64,000 nucleotides of DNA from Eledone cirrhosa (GCA_964016885.1 OZ024742.1:231632001-231696000); one strand, 5' to 3'. Shown: positions 40,521 through 53,279, counted from the stretch's first letter. Translations and numbers: made by a program. The notes: generated by a model from the sequence alone, not told the origin.

Positions 40521-41389
40521 TTCAAAGCCATGCATGCAGGCATTAAACACAAATACTCCCAAATTAGGGGGAAAATGTTTGTTGAGAGTTAATCAACACT
40601 AATTCTTTCCCAAGAATGTATTATCCTAGCCTGAAGAGTGTTCAGTAACAAACATGCCACATGTGTCAGAACTCACAAGTTGTAACAAAATGTAAGCTAC
40701 ACAGCATATTCAGAATTGAATGCCAAGATACAGGTTATACCTTTATATCATTTTTAAACACATTATCCTCATCATTAACTTCATCATCATCATCATCAAT
40801 ATTCATGGTAAAAAACTAGTATTGCCAATCTACTAGCTACCACCAACCAGGCATTTGCAATAAGATGATATGATCTGTGTACTTACACATGATTGAATGA
40901 CGTGTATTGATTTGACTGCATCTCTGCATGCTAGGACTTGATTTTTGATCATAGTCATTGATCTCTGTCTAAAGTTATTGCTAATAAAATATGCTGCTAA
41001 TACATACATTATTTTGGTTTTAATTACAGTGAGGCAATGTGAAGTGTCAAACTTTGAATTCTAGCTCAAAAGATCTTTACTAACATATTGATGTGTATGA
41101 TATTGTAACTGCCAGAATTAAGCCCTCATAACCAAGTTTGTATTTTGTACAGACCTGTAATTCCTGATGGAGTCATTGAGGTGCCATAGTGACATACAGT
41201 ATGTCCTGGGTATTTTAAACCTGAGAGAGCCCAGCTACTCTCCAGGTCTCAACACAGTCAATTTCTTCCAGAGAAGGCAAGAGAGAGAGAAAGGGGAAGT
41301 GAGAAAAAAAATTGACCTCAGTACTGGACTGGTACTTTTTGTTTTACCTCAAAAGGATGAAAGGCAAAGTTGACCGTGGCGAGTTTTGA

Positions 41390-41495
41390 ATCCACCTATC
41401 CACCCACCCACCCATCCACCCACCCACCCATCCACCCACCCATCCATCCATCCACCCATCCACCCATCCACCCATCCACCCACCCATCCATCCAT
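41390..41495. repeat. (CCAC/CCAT)n microsatellite
   Basis: Directly visible. Confidence 0.9.
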
Positions 41496-41644
41496 TAGTC
41501 TGTCTGTCATTCCCTCCATCTATCCAAATTTAAAAATGTGAATTAATAATTCCTACAATGAATTATAAATTTAAGCTATATTACTTCAGTTGTGTCACAC
41601 AAAATTCAAACAATGATATTTATTACTTAAAATAATTTCCACCA

Positions 41645-41935
41645 TTATCATCATTATTTAATGCCTGTTTTCAATATTTACATGGATTAGGGACATCTTT
41701 TCCAGCACAGTACCTTGACAATTTTTGTGGTCCATTGACATTGCCTGCATGAGGTTCAACATCTTGAGATCAAGATCTTTGGTACTTCTTCCTCTTCCAC
41801 TAGTTCCTTCTACCAAGATCAATTGGCACCTCTTTATCTGACTCTCATCACTCATATACATCACATATGCAGTCTTCTCTCTTTCACATTAAATCTGATT
41901 CTTTTTATAGCCAGTTTTTCTCAGCTTATTTGTCT
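41645..41935 (-). mobile_element. RTE LINE 3' fragment
   Basis: IKRCQLILVEGTSGRGR; GAT tail. Confidence 0.7.
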
Positions 41936-42179
41936 GCCTGAAACTGCTCCTGGTTCTGTGATACAACTATTCATTTTAAAGCATTTATATCCAAATTAAA
42001 ACCTTCCATCATAATTATGAACTTTTTAATTATATTCTGAATATCAACTTAATGAAAAAGTTATTTTAATAAAGCCCTTTATGTTCTTGGTAATTTTCAG
42101 CATTAACTGAAACAAATGGTTATAAAAGGGTTTAGTTATGTTTATAAATGTTTGTTATGAATAAGAGTTAGAATGTTCA

Positions 42180-43067
42180 TCTATGATTGTTCTGAATAAA
42201 AAACGTCTTCCTCTGTCAGCAAAATGAGAGTAGGAAATGAGTTTAGTGAGGAATTCAAGGTACAATACAATTAGGAGTTCATCAAGGTTCAGTTCTTAGC
42301 CCACTACTATTCATCATAGTCCCCCAAGCCATAACAGAGGAGTTTAAAACTGGCTGTCCATAAAAGAACTAGAAAATAAGTTCTGTCTATGGAAATGGAA
42401 TTTGGAATCAAAAGGTCTGAGAGTAAATTTAGCCAAAATCATAGGAAGTGTCCATAGAAGTGGTTGATATCTTCTGCTATCTAGGCAACTTAATTAGAAG
42501 TGGAAGAGGAGGGACCGAGAATATAATAGCTAGAATAAGAAGTTTAGAGAATTACTCCCACTGTTGACAACATAAGGTTTCTCCCTACATACAAAAGGGA
42601 GGCTGTATAATGCCTGTGTGCGAAGTGTAATGCTGCATAGTAGTGAAACAGGCAGTGACTGCAGAAGACATGCGTAGATTGGAGAGAAACGAAGCTGCCA
42701 TGCTTCGTTGGATATGCAATGTAAATGTGAGAGAAAGAGAGAGATTATATGAATTGAGGGCGAAATTAGGTTTAATAAGAATTTGAGGTGGTATGCATTG
42801 GTTTGGACATGTGTTGCACATGGATGAAGATCGATGGATGATGAAGTGCCAGAAAATGCCAGTGGAAGGAAATCACAGTAGAGCAAGACTAAAGAAGACC
42901 TAGCTGGAAGTGGTGAGAACTGACCTCAAATTACTGAGACTCACAGAGGAGATAATGAAGAAATGCAGCAAGTGGAGAGATGGCTGTACTGAGAAGGACT
43001 CATCCAACCCATGCAAGCATGGAAGAATGGATGTAAAAACAATGACGATGATGATGATGATGATGAT
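42180..43067 (+). mobile_element. Decayed RTE LINE
   Basis: RLYNACVRSVMLHSSET and RLERNEAAMLRW motifs; (GAT)n tail. Confidence 0.85.
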
Positions 43068-44599
43068 AAGCAAATGTGTTTAGAAACAATGAGCGAAATT
43101 TTAAATTCTGAAAGCTTCATTGAATTTTTTGGCTATAGAAAAAATGGACATTAGCTCATACAAGACATGAACCCACATCTTCATGCTTGCCAGGCAGAAA
43201 GGCTACCATTACACCAATGTGGCAATCACATGTTCTTGTACACACATAGCAATAAATAAACAGCTGAAGGTGTGTTTAGAAATGATGAACAACATTCAAA
43301 ATTTATGAGAAAGTTATAAGATTTATCAAATTTTTTTACTATAGAAAAATAGTCTAAATAATAGGGCATATAAGCCCCCTTTTTTCCATAAAACAGAACA
43401 ACCTCTTCTCCTAATTTGGTACTGCTCATGATCCTACATTACAATATCAAGGTCTCACACTTTATACCTAAAATCTGACTGAGCTCTCCAAAGGACAAAT
43501 GATTATATTAGCTCATCGTTTTTAAATATATTAATATATAGACATTTTTGTCAAAATTTACAATATTATAATTGTTATTAAATACATTTCTTTTTCTTTG
43601 GGTGTTTCTTCTGTTTTTGAGGTTGGCTGGAATCTCAGCATTGTTTTATGTGCAAGCCTACATTAATGTACTTTTAATTTTCATTTAGTTTCTTGCAAGG
43701 AGATGCTGGAGATCCCTATTTGCATTGCTGGATTTACAATTGTGTTTAGATGTGCTTAAACACAGGGTCCCGTTGGCCAGCAGGAAGCCCATCTTCCTGC
43801 CCCCAAAATTTTTTACAATGAATTTTCCAAATGTTTAGGGCCTGATAAATTAACTAACACAGGGCCTCATTTGTCCTTAATCCAGCACTGGCTATTTGCT
43901 TTAATCCGAACCTGATCATAAGCTCCGAAGAAGAGTTAAAATGTTTACTTCAACTTAGCGTGTTAAATAATGGTGTTAATCATTAGGAATAATATACAAG
44001 AGAGATGATAATCTCATACAAACATGTGAACCTTAGTAGAAATTTCTTTATACTTTTGTTCTCAGTAGGTAAATAATTCGTAGAATTCTGGTGTTTGGGA
44101 AGGAGATATTCCTTCCTTCTAGTCCAGTAACTCCAGATAGAGTTGTAGGGGCGCCGTATTGACGTAAGGTATTTCTTTGGCATTTTAAGCCCGGCGAAGC
44201 CCATCCCTCTCCAGGTCTGAATATAGCAGATTTCTTCCAGAGAAAGATAGAAAGAGAGAGATTGGAAATGAGAAAGAGATATAGAGGAAGAAGCGACCCC
44301 CAGTATTTGATTGGTAGTTTTTTTATCGACCTCGAAAGGATGAAAGGCAAAGTTAACCTCAGCGGGATTTGAACTCAAAGAGCAGAGAGCCAGAATGAAT
44401 ACCATAAAGCATTCTATCTGACGTTTTAATGACTCTGCCAATTCCCCACCTTAAGGAGATATTACCATTCATTAATTGTTAGTTATATTCATTTTTTTAA
44501 TACTTTGTTTTCTAATATTTCCTTTCACAAACAGTATCAGAGTAAAAGGTGGCATAAGTTTCCTCACAAGTACTTGATATGGTTATTTTTCAAAGAAAT

Positions 44600-45240
44600 T
44601 TGTATTGGTGCCACAAAAAAACACACCCAGTCCACCCTGTAAAATAGTAGTACCGGTGTCACAATAAAACTCACCTAGTTCACTCTTGTAAAGTGGTAGT
44701 ACTGGTGTCATGATAAAACACACCCAGTCCAATCTGTAATGTTCCACAATCTGTAGTTCCACAATAAAACGCATACAGTCCACTTCTTTAATGTGGTAGT
44801 GTTGATGCTACAATAACCGCCCTCCCTCCACTCTGTAATGTGGTAGTGCTGGTGCCATGATAAAACACACCCAGTCCGCACTGTGAGTGTTGTGCTAGCC
44901 ATGTACAGAGATGCTGTTAACAAGTTCAGAGTTAACAATGAGTACAGGGAAGAATTTAGCATACAAGTAGGGTTTCATAAGGTCTAATTTCACAGCCTCC
45001 TTCTCTTTATAATAGTCCACCTGGCTATAACATAGGAGCTTAAGGTTAGATGTCTGTGGGAACTCCTATATGTTAATAACATATATAGATGAATCTATAG
45101 CAGAGCTGCAGAAAAAAATTTCAGACATAGAAGTAAAACCTGGAATTGAAAGATCTAAAAGTAAAAGGCAAAGACCAAAGTTTTAGTATGATATTAAAGG
45201 AGATATATCTCTGATGCCATCAGGGAAATGGCTGTGCTTG
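44600..45240 (+). mobile_element. RTE 3' UTR sub-repeats joined to an RTE RT fragment
   Basis: Repeated acacccagtccac..tgtaa..tggtagt units, then AMYRDAVNKFRVNNEY.EEFSIQVG. Confidence 0.65.
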
Positions 45241-46559
45241 ATATAAAGAAAAGCAGTTCATGCTATGCTAAAATGTAAAGTACTGTCACAATGTATCCCA
45301 TACAGTTGACCTCTTCATGGTAGAATATACTGTATAGTACATCGTTTGGCAGAAGTAGGATATATCTGGGGCAATAGATCTGTGGATCACACCTAGTCAT
45401 TTGGTTGACTACCTGTGTGCAGGGTCTATGAGAAGTGTGGGTACAGATGGTACATTGTACCTGGTCCAGTAAATATCCTGAGATCACAGAAAATGTTTTT
45501 AGATATTAAAGACTAGCATTCCCAGAAGGAAATATGGCTCAGAAAGAAACATTTTGCTCCCTGATAAAATTCCTCTCAGATACTCTGTCTGTATACAATA
45601 GGTCTGCTAGGTTAGAATTAACTTGGAGTTACACAACAAAAACAGGAGCAGTAACAATGTAATTTTTTCAACAAGTACATTGTGAAATATTGTGCTAAGT
45701 TATTTCTATTGACATTGTTTCTAAGCAAGTGATGTGTGACAGATGTGAAAGTGAAAGACACTTCCAAAATAACAGTTGTTGATTTTAAGAATCAATAACT
45801 GTAAGAACACGGATATCTCTATTCATGTAATTTCATGTCATCATTGATTTCTGTGTTGATTACTTTAAGCTGAGTTTAATGATGACAAATGTTATGTCAA
45901 TTACTATATCAACCGTTGCTAGGTTTATGTTGTAATGTTTTGGGATGGAGCAAAAGAAAAAAATAGCTGTCAATTGGCAGTAGAAAATGGCTTTCTTAAA
46001 TATACCACCAGCTTTGTACACTCCTAAATATAGATGAGACATTTGTTGATGACACATCAACTACTAATTTGAAAATAATTTAGTGAATCTTTTTAAAATG
46101 AATATTTAGGATTAAAATATCCAAGAATTCAAATTAACAAGCATCTTTAATTAACATATTATAACTGAGAAAAACGGATTAACAATAAGTGAATTTGGCA
46201 ACAAGAACAACAACAAAGCAATTTTTATATAATCCTCAATTACATTTTAAAAACATGATTATCACTCTCTAAAACTATCTCAATCACATGTTCCTGTCAC
46301 TTACAGTTTATATATTTTATGCAAGCCCTGACAAGTTGCATAAAAACTATAATTAGCATAAATTTTTATTAAGTGGCCTTGAGTGATTTACAAAAGGACA
46401 CCACACTTGAATTGGTAGCAAAGAAAAGAAAACAAACAGTGAGATGAAATTTTCTATCAGTCTGATTGTCAACTGAAATAAAACGACTCTAGAATTTCTT
46501 GTTAGCTAACATCATTTAAATAATATAATTATCTTAAAGTCCATAACTTTTAAAGAAAG

Positions 46560-46625
46560 ATGGAGGAGATTGTGAACTATCCAGAGATACACCAGAAACT
46601 CATGAAGCTTCCATGCTATTCTCGG
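46560..46625 (+). CDS. Unidentified gene, probable first coding exon
   Basis: ATG...CGG|gtaagt; MEEIVNYPEIHQKLMKLPCYSR, phase 0, non-repetitive; in-frame TAA at 46551 upstream. Confidence 0.6.
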
Positions 46626-46654
46626 GTAAGTGATGATATTTTTCTCTACATATT

Positions 46655-46876
46655 TTAACCCTTTAGCATTCACATTACTCTATATTTACTATTTTCACAG
46701 TAAAACTTTATCTCACATAATTATCTTACATAATATCGAATCTATGAGATTTTGATATCATTTATTTTGAGAACAATACCTTAATGTTGGATAAGCAGCC
46801 AGTTATAGCCAGTTTGAACAGAAAGAGTTGAGAGAATTCTGGCCATATACGGCTGGTTTAAATGCTAAAAGGTTAA
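46655..46876. mobile_element. TTAA-flanked MITE
   Basis: TTAA CCCTTTAGCATT ... AATGCTAAAAGG TTAA. Confidence 0.82.
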
Positions 46877-47684
46877 CACTGTTATTCACAAGAAATTATA
46901 TAAAGAGAATTTCAGTTTTATTGAGAAGCAGTGTCAAGTTATGTTCTATTATACATGAGCTTAATAATTGTTTCTACTTTTGGCACAAGGCCAGCAATTA
47001 TCCCAGTGTATTACTGGTACTTTATTACATGAGCTTAATAATGAAATATTGAGGAGGAAATCACTCAAATATAATTATAGTGTTATAGGTTTTGTGTCAT
47101 AAGGTAGATGAGAAAACACTTTTCTTCTGAAGAGCACCTAACATTGCTACCCCAGTGATGTGGGCCCAGACCGTTTGGGTGTGTGCTCTCTTGCCTGTGA
47201 GAGCCCATGTGCAGGCTGCTTTGTGGTCCCCCCGGCAGACAGAATGGAGAAAACATTGCCCTGGAGAATAACCATTCCAAATTGAGTGGCCAACTTTGCC
47301 CTGATAATAGTGAGTAAGGAGGTAATTCAGAGGCCAAGAACACCTATTGCCACAGGTTTGACCTCAAACCTATTGGAGAGCTACCAATAATTTGACAGTT
47401 TACCTTCCACATGAAATTGCATCAGCAAAACATTCTTGTAAAACATAATACAGCACTATGACTGCATTAAAAAGTGGTATAAAGAGAGGAAAATGTTGGT
47501 TGGCATTAACTGCCACAACCACTCTGTGTTTTCATCTCCGGATCTAACAGGCCTTTTTCATCATGTATGGTATAACTTAAATGTCATAAACTTAATTTTT
47601 TATATGTAAGTTCTTTTGTTATTTTTTCACTTTAATACTCCAAGAACAATGTTTGGACTAATTTGTCAGACACTGTAAACCCAG

Positions 47685-48224
47685 ATGGACCAGCAGTACT
47701 GTCAATGGACCAGCAGTACTGTCAATGGACCAGCAGTACTGTCAATGGACCAGCAGTACTGTCAATGGACCAGCAGTACTGTCAATGGACCAGCAGTACT
47801 GTCAATGGACCAGCAGTACTGTCAATGGACCAGCAGTACTGTCAATGGACCAGCAGTACTGTCAATGGACCAGCAGTACTGTCAATGGACCAGCAGTACT
47901 GTCAGTGGACCAGCAGTACTGTCATTGGACCAGCAGTACTGTCAATGGACCAGCAGTACTGTCAGTGGACCAGCAGTACTGTCAGTGGACCAGCAGTACT
48001 GTCAATGGACCAGCAGTACTGTCAATGGACCAGCGGTACTGTCAATGGACCAGCAGTACTGTCAATGGACCAGCAGTACTGTCAGTGGACCAGCAGTACT
48101 GTCAATGGACCAGCAGTACTGTCAATGGACCAGCAGTACTATCAGTGGACCAGCAGTACTGTCAGTGGACCAGCAGTACTGTCAATGGACCAGCAGTACT
48201 GTCAATGGACCAGCAGTACTGTCA
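47685..48224. repeat. 20-bp minisatellite (ATGGACCAGCAGTACTGTCA) x27
   Basis: 540 bp in exact 20-nt register, with few substitutions. Confidence 0.98.
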
Positions 48225-48314
48225 GTAAGGGTCTGAATTGTGTACATCCATTTTGACAGCTGATAATGACAAAGTATTTCGCATGTTAGCAATTTTGCAA
48301 TATTATATGTGATG

Positions 48315-48826
48315 CTGGGGACGAGCTGATAAACTCCGACCTCACACACTTACACCTCTCCAAGACAATGTCACTGGACCGAGACCTTTGGCGGTACTCA
48401 GTAACAGAGAAGACCCGCCTTACCTAAATATATAGTAAAACCTACTCCAGCCAGTAGGCATCTCTAACAAAATACACCCCGTCCCACCACCACTACCCCC
48501 ACCCCATCCACACCACCCCGTTCTATGTAAAGTTATGTTGGTGCCGCGCCATCCAGGCCGAAACAAATGAGATCGTGTAGGTGTCACGACAAAAAAACAC
48601 ACAGTCCACGCTGTAATGTGGCCGTGTAGGCAACACGATAAAAACCTCCCAGACCCACACTGTAAATGTGGTTGGTGTTAGGAAGGGCATCCAACTGTAG
48701 AAAACCTGCCAGACAGTCCTATGCGAGCAAGACAATCACTCTTGCCTCAAGTGGGACTACCCCCGTCCAAACCCATGCAAGCGTGGAACACGGACGTTAA
48801 ACGTTGATGATGATGATGATGATGAT
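48315..48826 (+). mobile_element. RTE LINE 3' end (young subfamily)
   Basis: Nearly identical to 15005-15520. Confidence 0.9.
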
Positions 48827-49339
48827 GCATGTAGCTCCCTTATTCTTCTTTTGTTAAGTTATATACATATTATTATCATCATCATCATTTTATGCCCATT
48901 GTTCCATGCTTCCAATATATATGTATATATATAAAACACAAATTTAAATGATTTTGAAAACCAAACAATACATTAGGAAGAACATTAAATCACCAAGGTA
49001 ACAAAAGAATCTTACCTTAGCAAATTTAACAATTTCCAAATATTTTTAGATTTAAAAACCCATTATCAAGGGAATAATCCTATGAGAGACTTAAACAAAA
49101 ACCCAAAGGAATGACTTGCTTGTTTGGAGAGCAGATTTAAGTTAAATGAAAGGAAAAGACGTTAAAAATGTGAACGTCTGTTGTGATATGTTTGATATAT
49201 GCATGTGTGTGTGTGTGTGAATGTAAGTGTGCTTAGTGGGATGTTTGTATGTGTGTGCATGAATGTAAGTTGATGTAGTGAAAGGTGTGTGTGAATTATC
49301 ATCATCATCATAATCATCATGATGATGATGATCATCATC

Positions 49340-49822
49340 ATCATGATCATCATCATTTTACGTCCGCTCTTCCCTGCTTGCAAGGGTGGGACGGGTCTTA
49401 TTCAGCACAGCATCTCTCCACTTGTCACGGTCCTTCGTCATCTCCCCCGTGAGCTTCAGCGATCTGAGGTCTGTTCTCACCACCTTAGCCCATGTTTTTC
49501 GTGGTCTACCTCTACCACGTCTTCCTTCAACTGGCATTTCCTGGCACTTCTTTTCTTTACCCATCGGTCATCCTCCATGCGCATCACATGTCCATACCAC
49601 CTCAGTCTCCTCTCCCGTACACTACATTCTATCCCTCTCAGACACAGTTTCTCTCTCAACACATTCATGCTGGGTCATTCACGTACATTTACACTGCACA
49701 TCCAACGGAGCATGCTTGCCTCATTTCTCTCCAGCTGTCGCATATCCTCTGCAGTTGCTGCCCATGTCTCACTACTATGCAACATCGCGCTCCTCACACA
49801 GGCATCATATAACCAGCCTTTC
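49340..49822 (-). mobile_element. 5'-truncated RTE LINE (short-UTR type)
   Basis: ERRLRWYGHVMRME and GRGRPRKTW motifs; GAT tail. Confidence 0.9.
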
Positions 49823-51270
49823 GAATATGTATATAATAAAGTGGGGAAAATATGTGTGTGATATATGTATGTGGTATGTGTGTGTGCGAGTCTAAGTGTG
49901 TTTGCCTAGTGAGGACATAGATTTAATTTGAAAGAAAGAATGAAACTGGCCGCCAGGATGTTGGAATGAAATTACATAGTTGGAGACAGTTTGAAAGTCA
50001 GTCAGATATACTGTATCTATAATTCAAAGAGCCATCATTATCACACACATTGAATCTCTCTGAAAATTACATTAAGAGTACACATGATTGCCTCATTTCT
50101 CTCCAGCCGTCGCATATCCTCTGCAGTTGCTGCCCATGTCTCACTACCATGCAACATCGCGCTCCTCACACAGGCATCATATAATCGGCCTTTCGAATAT
50201 GTATATAATAAAATGGGGAAAATATGTGTGTAATATATGTATGCTTGTGGAATGCTCAGTCACTTCCATGTTAATTTCATGAATAGGCTGTTTCATTGAT
50301 CAAACAATGAGAATATTCATCACCGAAACTGACAGATGTCCAATGATTGATTGATCACGCGCGTGTGTGCTTTGTTTGTCCCTGTGTTTTTGCTTCATAT
50401 TTGATACTGCTAACAGTGGTGTTTGTTTATGTTCTGCATAAACAAATTTCCTGTAGCTCAGCTGTTTGAAGTTGGAAGACTGAAACCTTACACACACATA
50501 CAAATAATAACTGTTTCTACTTTTTGGCACAAGGCCAGCAATTGCCCCCAGTACATTACTGGTGCTTTATTTTATCGACCCCATAAGGATGAAAGGCAAA
50601 GTTAACCTTGGCAGGATTTGAACTCAGAACATAAAGAGCCATAACTCTATGCTGCAAAGCATGGCGTCTGATGTTCTACCGATACTGCCAATCCACTGCC
50701 CTTCACACACAAATATTTTGCCAAATATTTGCTTCCCTTTTTAAGCTGGTAGCATGTGATTTGAGGGAGAACTGACTGCTTTTTCTAGCAGGTTGAGTAA
50801 TTAATTAATGACATGTAATTAAATAATGGCATTGAATAATTAAATTATGACATTTATTATATAAATAAGTCTTTGTACATGCCCAGTCAGGCAACAAAAA
50901 TATTTGGAAGAAGTTAAAACAATAGTAGGAGCATGCATGGCTGTGTGGTTAAGGAGTTTGCTTCACAAGTTAGTTGTAAGAGCAGCACATACTGCAGGAC
51001 CCATATTTTTAGGCGCTCTGCTCTAAGTGCTGCCTTTAGCCAAAGTATGATACTGCCTTTAACATTAAGTCAGATTTAAAAAAAATTGGGGTCCCTTTAT
51101 ATTATATGCTACATACCCCGCACTAACCTAATCTAGGTGTGGCACCTATGTGTGACACCTTGGGCAAGTGTCTTCTACTACAGCCTGGGATTGAACAGTG
51201 CCTTGTGAGTAAAATTTTGGAGACAGAAACTGCAAAAGTCCAATTGTATTTATATATATATATATATAGA

Positions 51271-51325
51271 AGAGCTTCTACAGGACTAAAACTGTTTCAT
51301 TCGTGAGAAATCACCAGGAAGCTCT
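51271..51325 (-). ncRNA. Type I hammerhead ribozyme (A6G core mutation)
   Basis: agagcttc-CTGGTGA-tttctcacgaat-GAAA-cagttttagtcct-GTA-gaagctct; perfect 8-bp stem I. Confidence 0.72.
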
Positions 51326-52011
51326 GTATTGAGTACTTTATTTTATCGACCCCATAAGGATGAAAGGCAAAGCTAACCTCGGCAGGATTTGAACCCAGAA
51401 CGTAAAGGGCCATAACTCTATGCTGTGAAGCAGAGTGTTCGATGCTCTACCGATTACTGCCAATCCACTGCCTTTAAAATAATAGTTTCTTATATAGGCA
51501 CAAGGCCAGCAATTTTGGGGGAGGGGAAAGTCGATTAAATCGACTCCAGTGTATTACTGGTACTTTATTTTATCGACCCCCATAAGGATGAAAGGCAAAG
51601 CTAACCTCGGCGGGATTTGAGCCCAGAACGCAAAGGGCTATAACTCCATGCTGTGAAGCAGGGTGTTCGATGCTCTACCGATTACTGCCAATCCACTGCC
51701 TTAAAAATAATAAAAGAATATATGACTAATAATACTCATTCTGTAAGATAATTGCATTCCATTTCTTTTATATACACCATGTATTGAGTTCATTAGATTC
51801 TACTGAATCACCTGTAAGATCTTCACCCATTACATTATATATCTGATCAATGTTGATACATACATAGTTGAAGGATTGGCAAGTTTGGTTATCAGAACTA
51901 ACATACAGATATAGATACAACAAATATATGAATATAGTATTTCTGTTATAACTATAGTGTTGGGCTTTTTAACCCTTTCATGGCCATATTTCTGTCTATG
52001 TGTTTTAATGA

Positions 52012-52081
52012 CTTTTCTTTGTTTTTGTGCCTCTCCTTTGTTCTGGACAGAACAAAGGAGAGGCACAAAAACAAAGAAAAG
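52012..52081. repeat. Perfect 34-bp inverted repeat, 2-nt spacer
   Basis: 52012-52045 is the exact reverse complement of 52048-52081. Confidence 0.97.
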
Positions 52082-52089
52082 AATCCCCA

Positions 52090-52142
52090 GTCACTGAAGA
52101 GGTCACAGAATGTCACAGAATGTGTGACGAAAGAACTTTGAC
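52090..52142 (+). ncRNA. Minimal type I hammerhead-like motif (degenerate)
   Basis: gtca-CTGAAGA-g-gtcac...gtgac-GAAA-gaa-CTT-tgac. Confidence 0.6.
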
Positions 52143-52310
52143 AATATATAAACAACTACCTGGTTGTGGAACCAACCAACCAACCAGAAATTTATAAAAT
52201 TCCTAAATTTATAAATTTATTATAATAAATTGAAGTGAAAGCAACTGGTGCGTGTGTTTCTTATTGGCAACATGACCCTCCCAAAGTATAACAATATATA
52301 TATATATATA

Positions 52311-53052
52311 TGGCAGGAAGGTATACGTTGCTGACGATAGCTAATAAGCTTTGTCAGTGTTGAACAAAAGAGCACGATGGTTGCTAGACACTGTACGGCT
52401 TAATTCGGGATGTTTGTTTCCAAACACACCGAGCATTATAATAAATGTTCGGTGAATCCATACGTACATATATATATGTGTGCATGTATGTATATATATA
52501 TATATATACATACTACTGTATGTCGGTATACATATATGTATGTATGTATGCATACTTATATTTAAGTAACAGCCGTACTAAGAGTGAGAAATGAAATTTC
52601 GTTTCATTTTTTCCGTTTATCGTTTTCGGTTCGCCCGGCCGATTAACTCACTCGATATGCTAATTAGGCTGCTCAGCCGTTAATATGCATAAGGAAAGTA
52701 TATACTTTCAGATGTTCAATCATCTGGCAGGAAGGTATACGTTGCTGATGATAGCTAATAAGCTTGAAACTAGTACAGCGTTCCTTTGTCAGTGTTGAAC
52801 AAATGAGCAACGATGGTTGCTGGACACTACGGCTTAATACGGGATGTTTGTTTACAAACACACCGAGCATTATAATAAATGTTCGGTGAATCCATACGTA
52901 CATACAGTATATATATGTGTGCATGTATGTATATATATATACATACTACTGTGCGTCTGTATACATATATGTATGTACGTATACATACTTATATTTAAGT
53001 AACAGCCGTACTAAGAGTGAGAAATGAAATTTCGTTTCATTTTTTCCGTTTA
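52311..53052 (+). mobile_element. Head-to-tail ~414-bp repeat with a hammerhead in each unit (retrozyme-like or Penelope pLTR)
   Basis: Units start with tggcaggaagg at 52311 and 52725; no ORF. Confidence 0.75.
52732..52786 (+). ncRNA. Type I hammerhead ribozyme with intact core and palindromic stem III
   Basis: aagg-tat-acgttg-CTGATGA-t-agct-aata-agct-t-GAAA-cta-GTA-cagcgt-t-cctt; predicted cleavage after 52775. Confidence 0.85.
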
Positions 53053-53204
53053 TATATATATTTATATATATATATATATCATCATCATCATCATCATCAA
53101 CGTTTAACGTCCGTGTTCCACGCTTGCATGGGTTTGGATGGGGGTAGTCCCACTTGAGGCAAGAGTGATTTTCTTGCTCGCATAGGACTATATAGGCATA
53201 GGAC

Positions 53205-53277
<73 letters not shown>

Positions 53278-53279
53278 TG

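Noticed and set aside
40245-40562. Minus-strand host exon
   Set aside because: Better explained as a decayed RTE C-terminus.
47120-47150. ctgaagagc...gct hammerhead-like start (similar at ~40631 and ~20068)
   Set aside because: The second core box or stem I is missing or too degenerate.
47663-48256. Long ORFs in three frames / CRISPR-like array
   Set aside because: Contiguous 20-bp tandem repeat with no unique spacers; the ORFs arise from a unit without stop codons on this strand; eukaryotic context.
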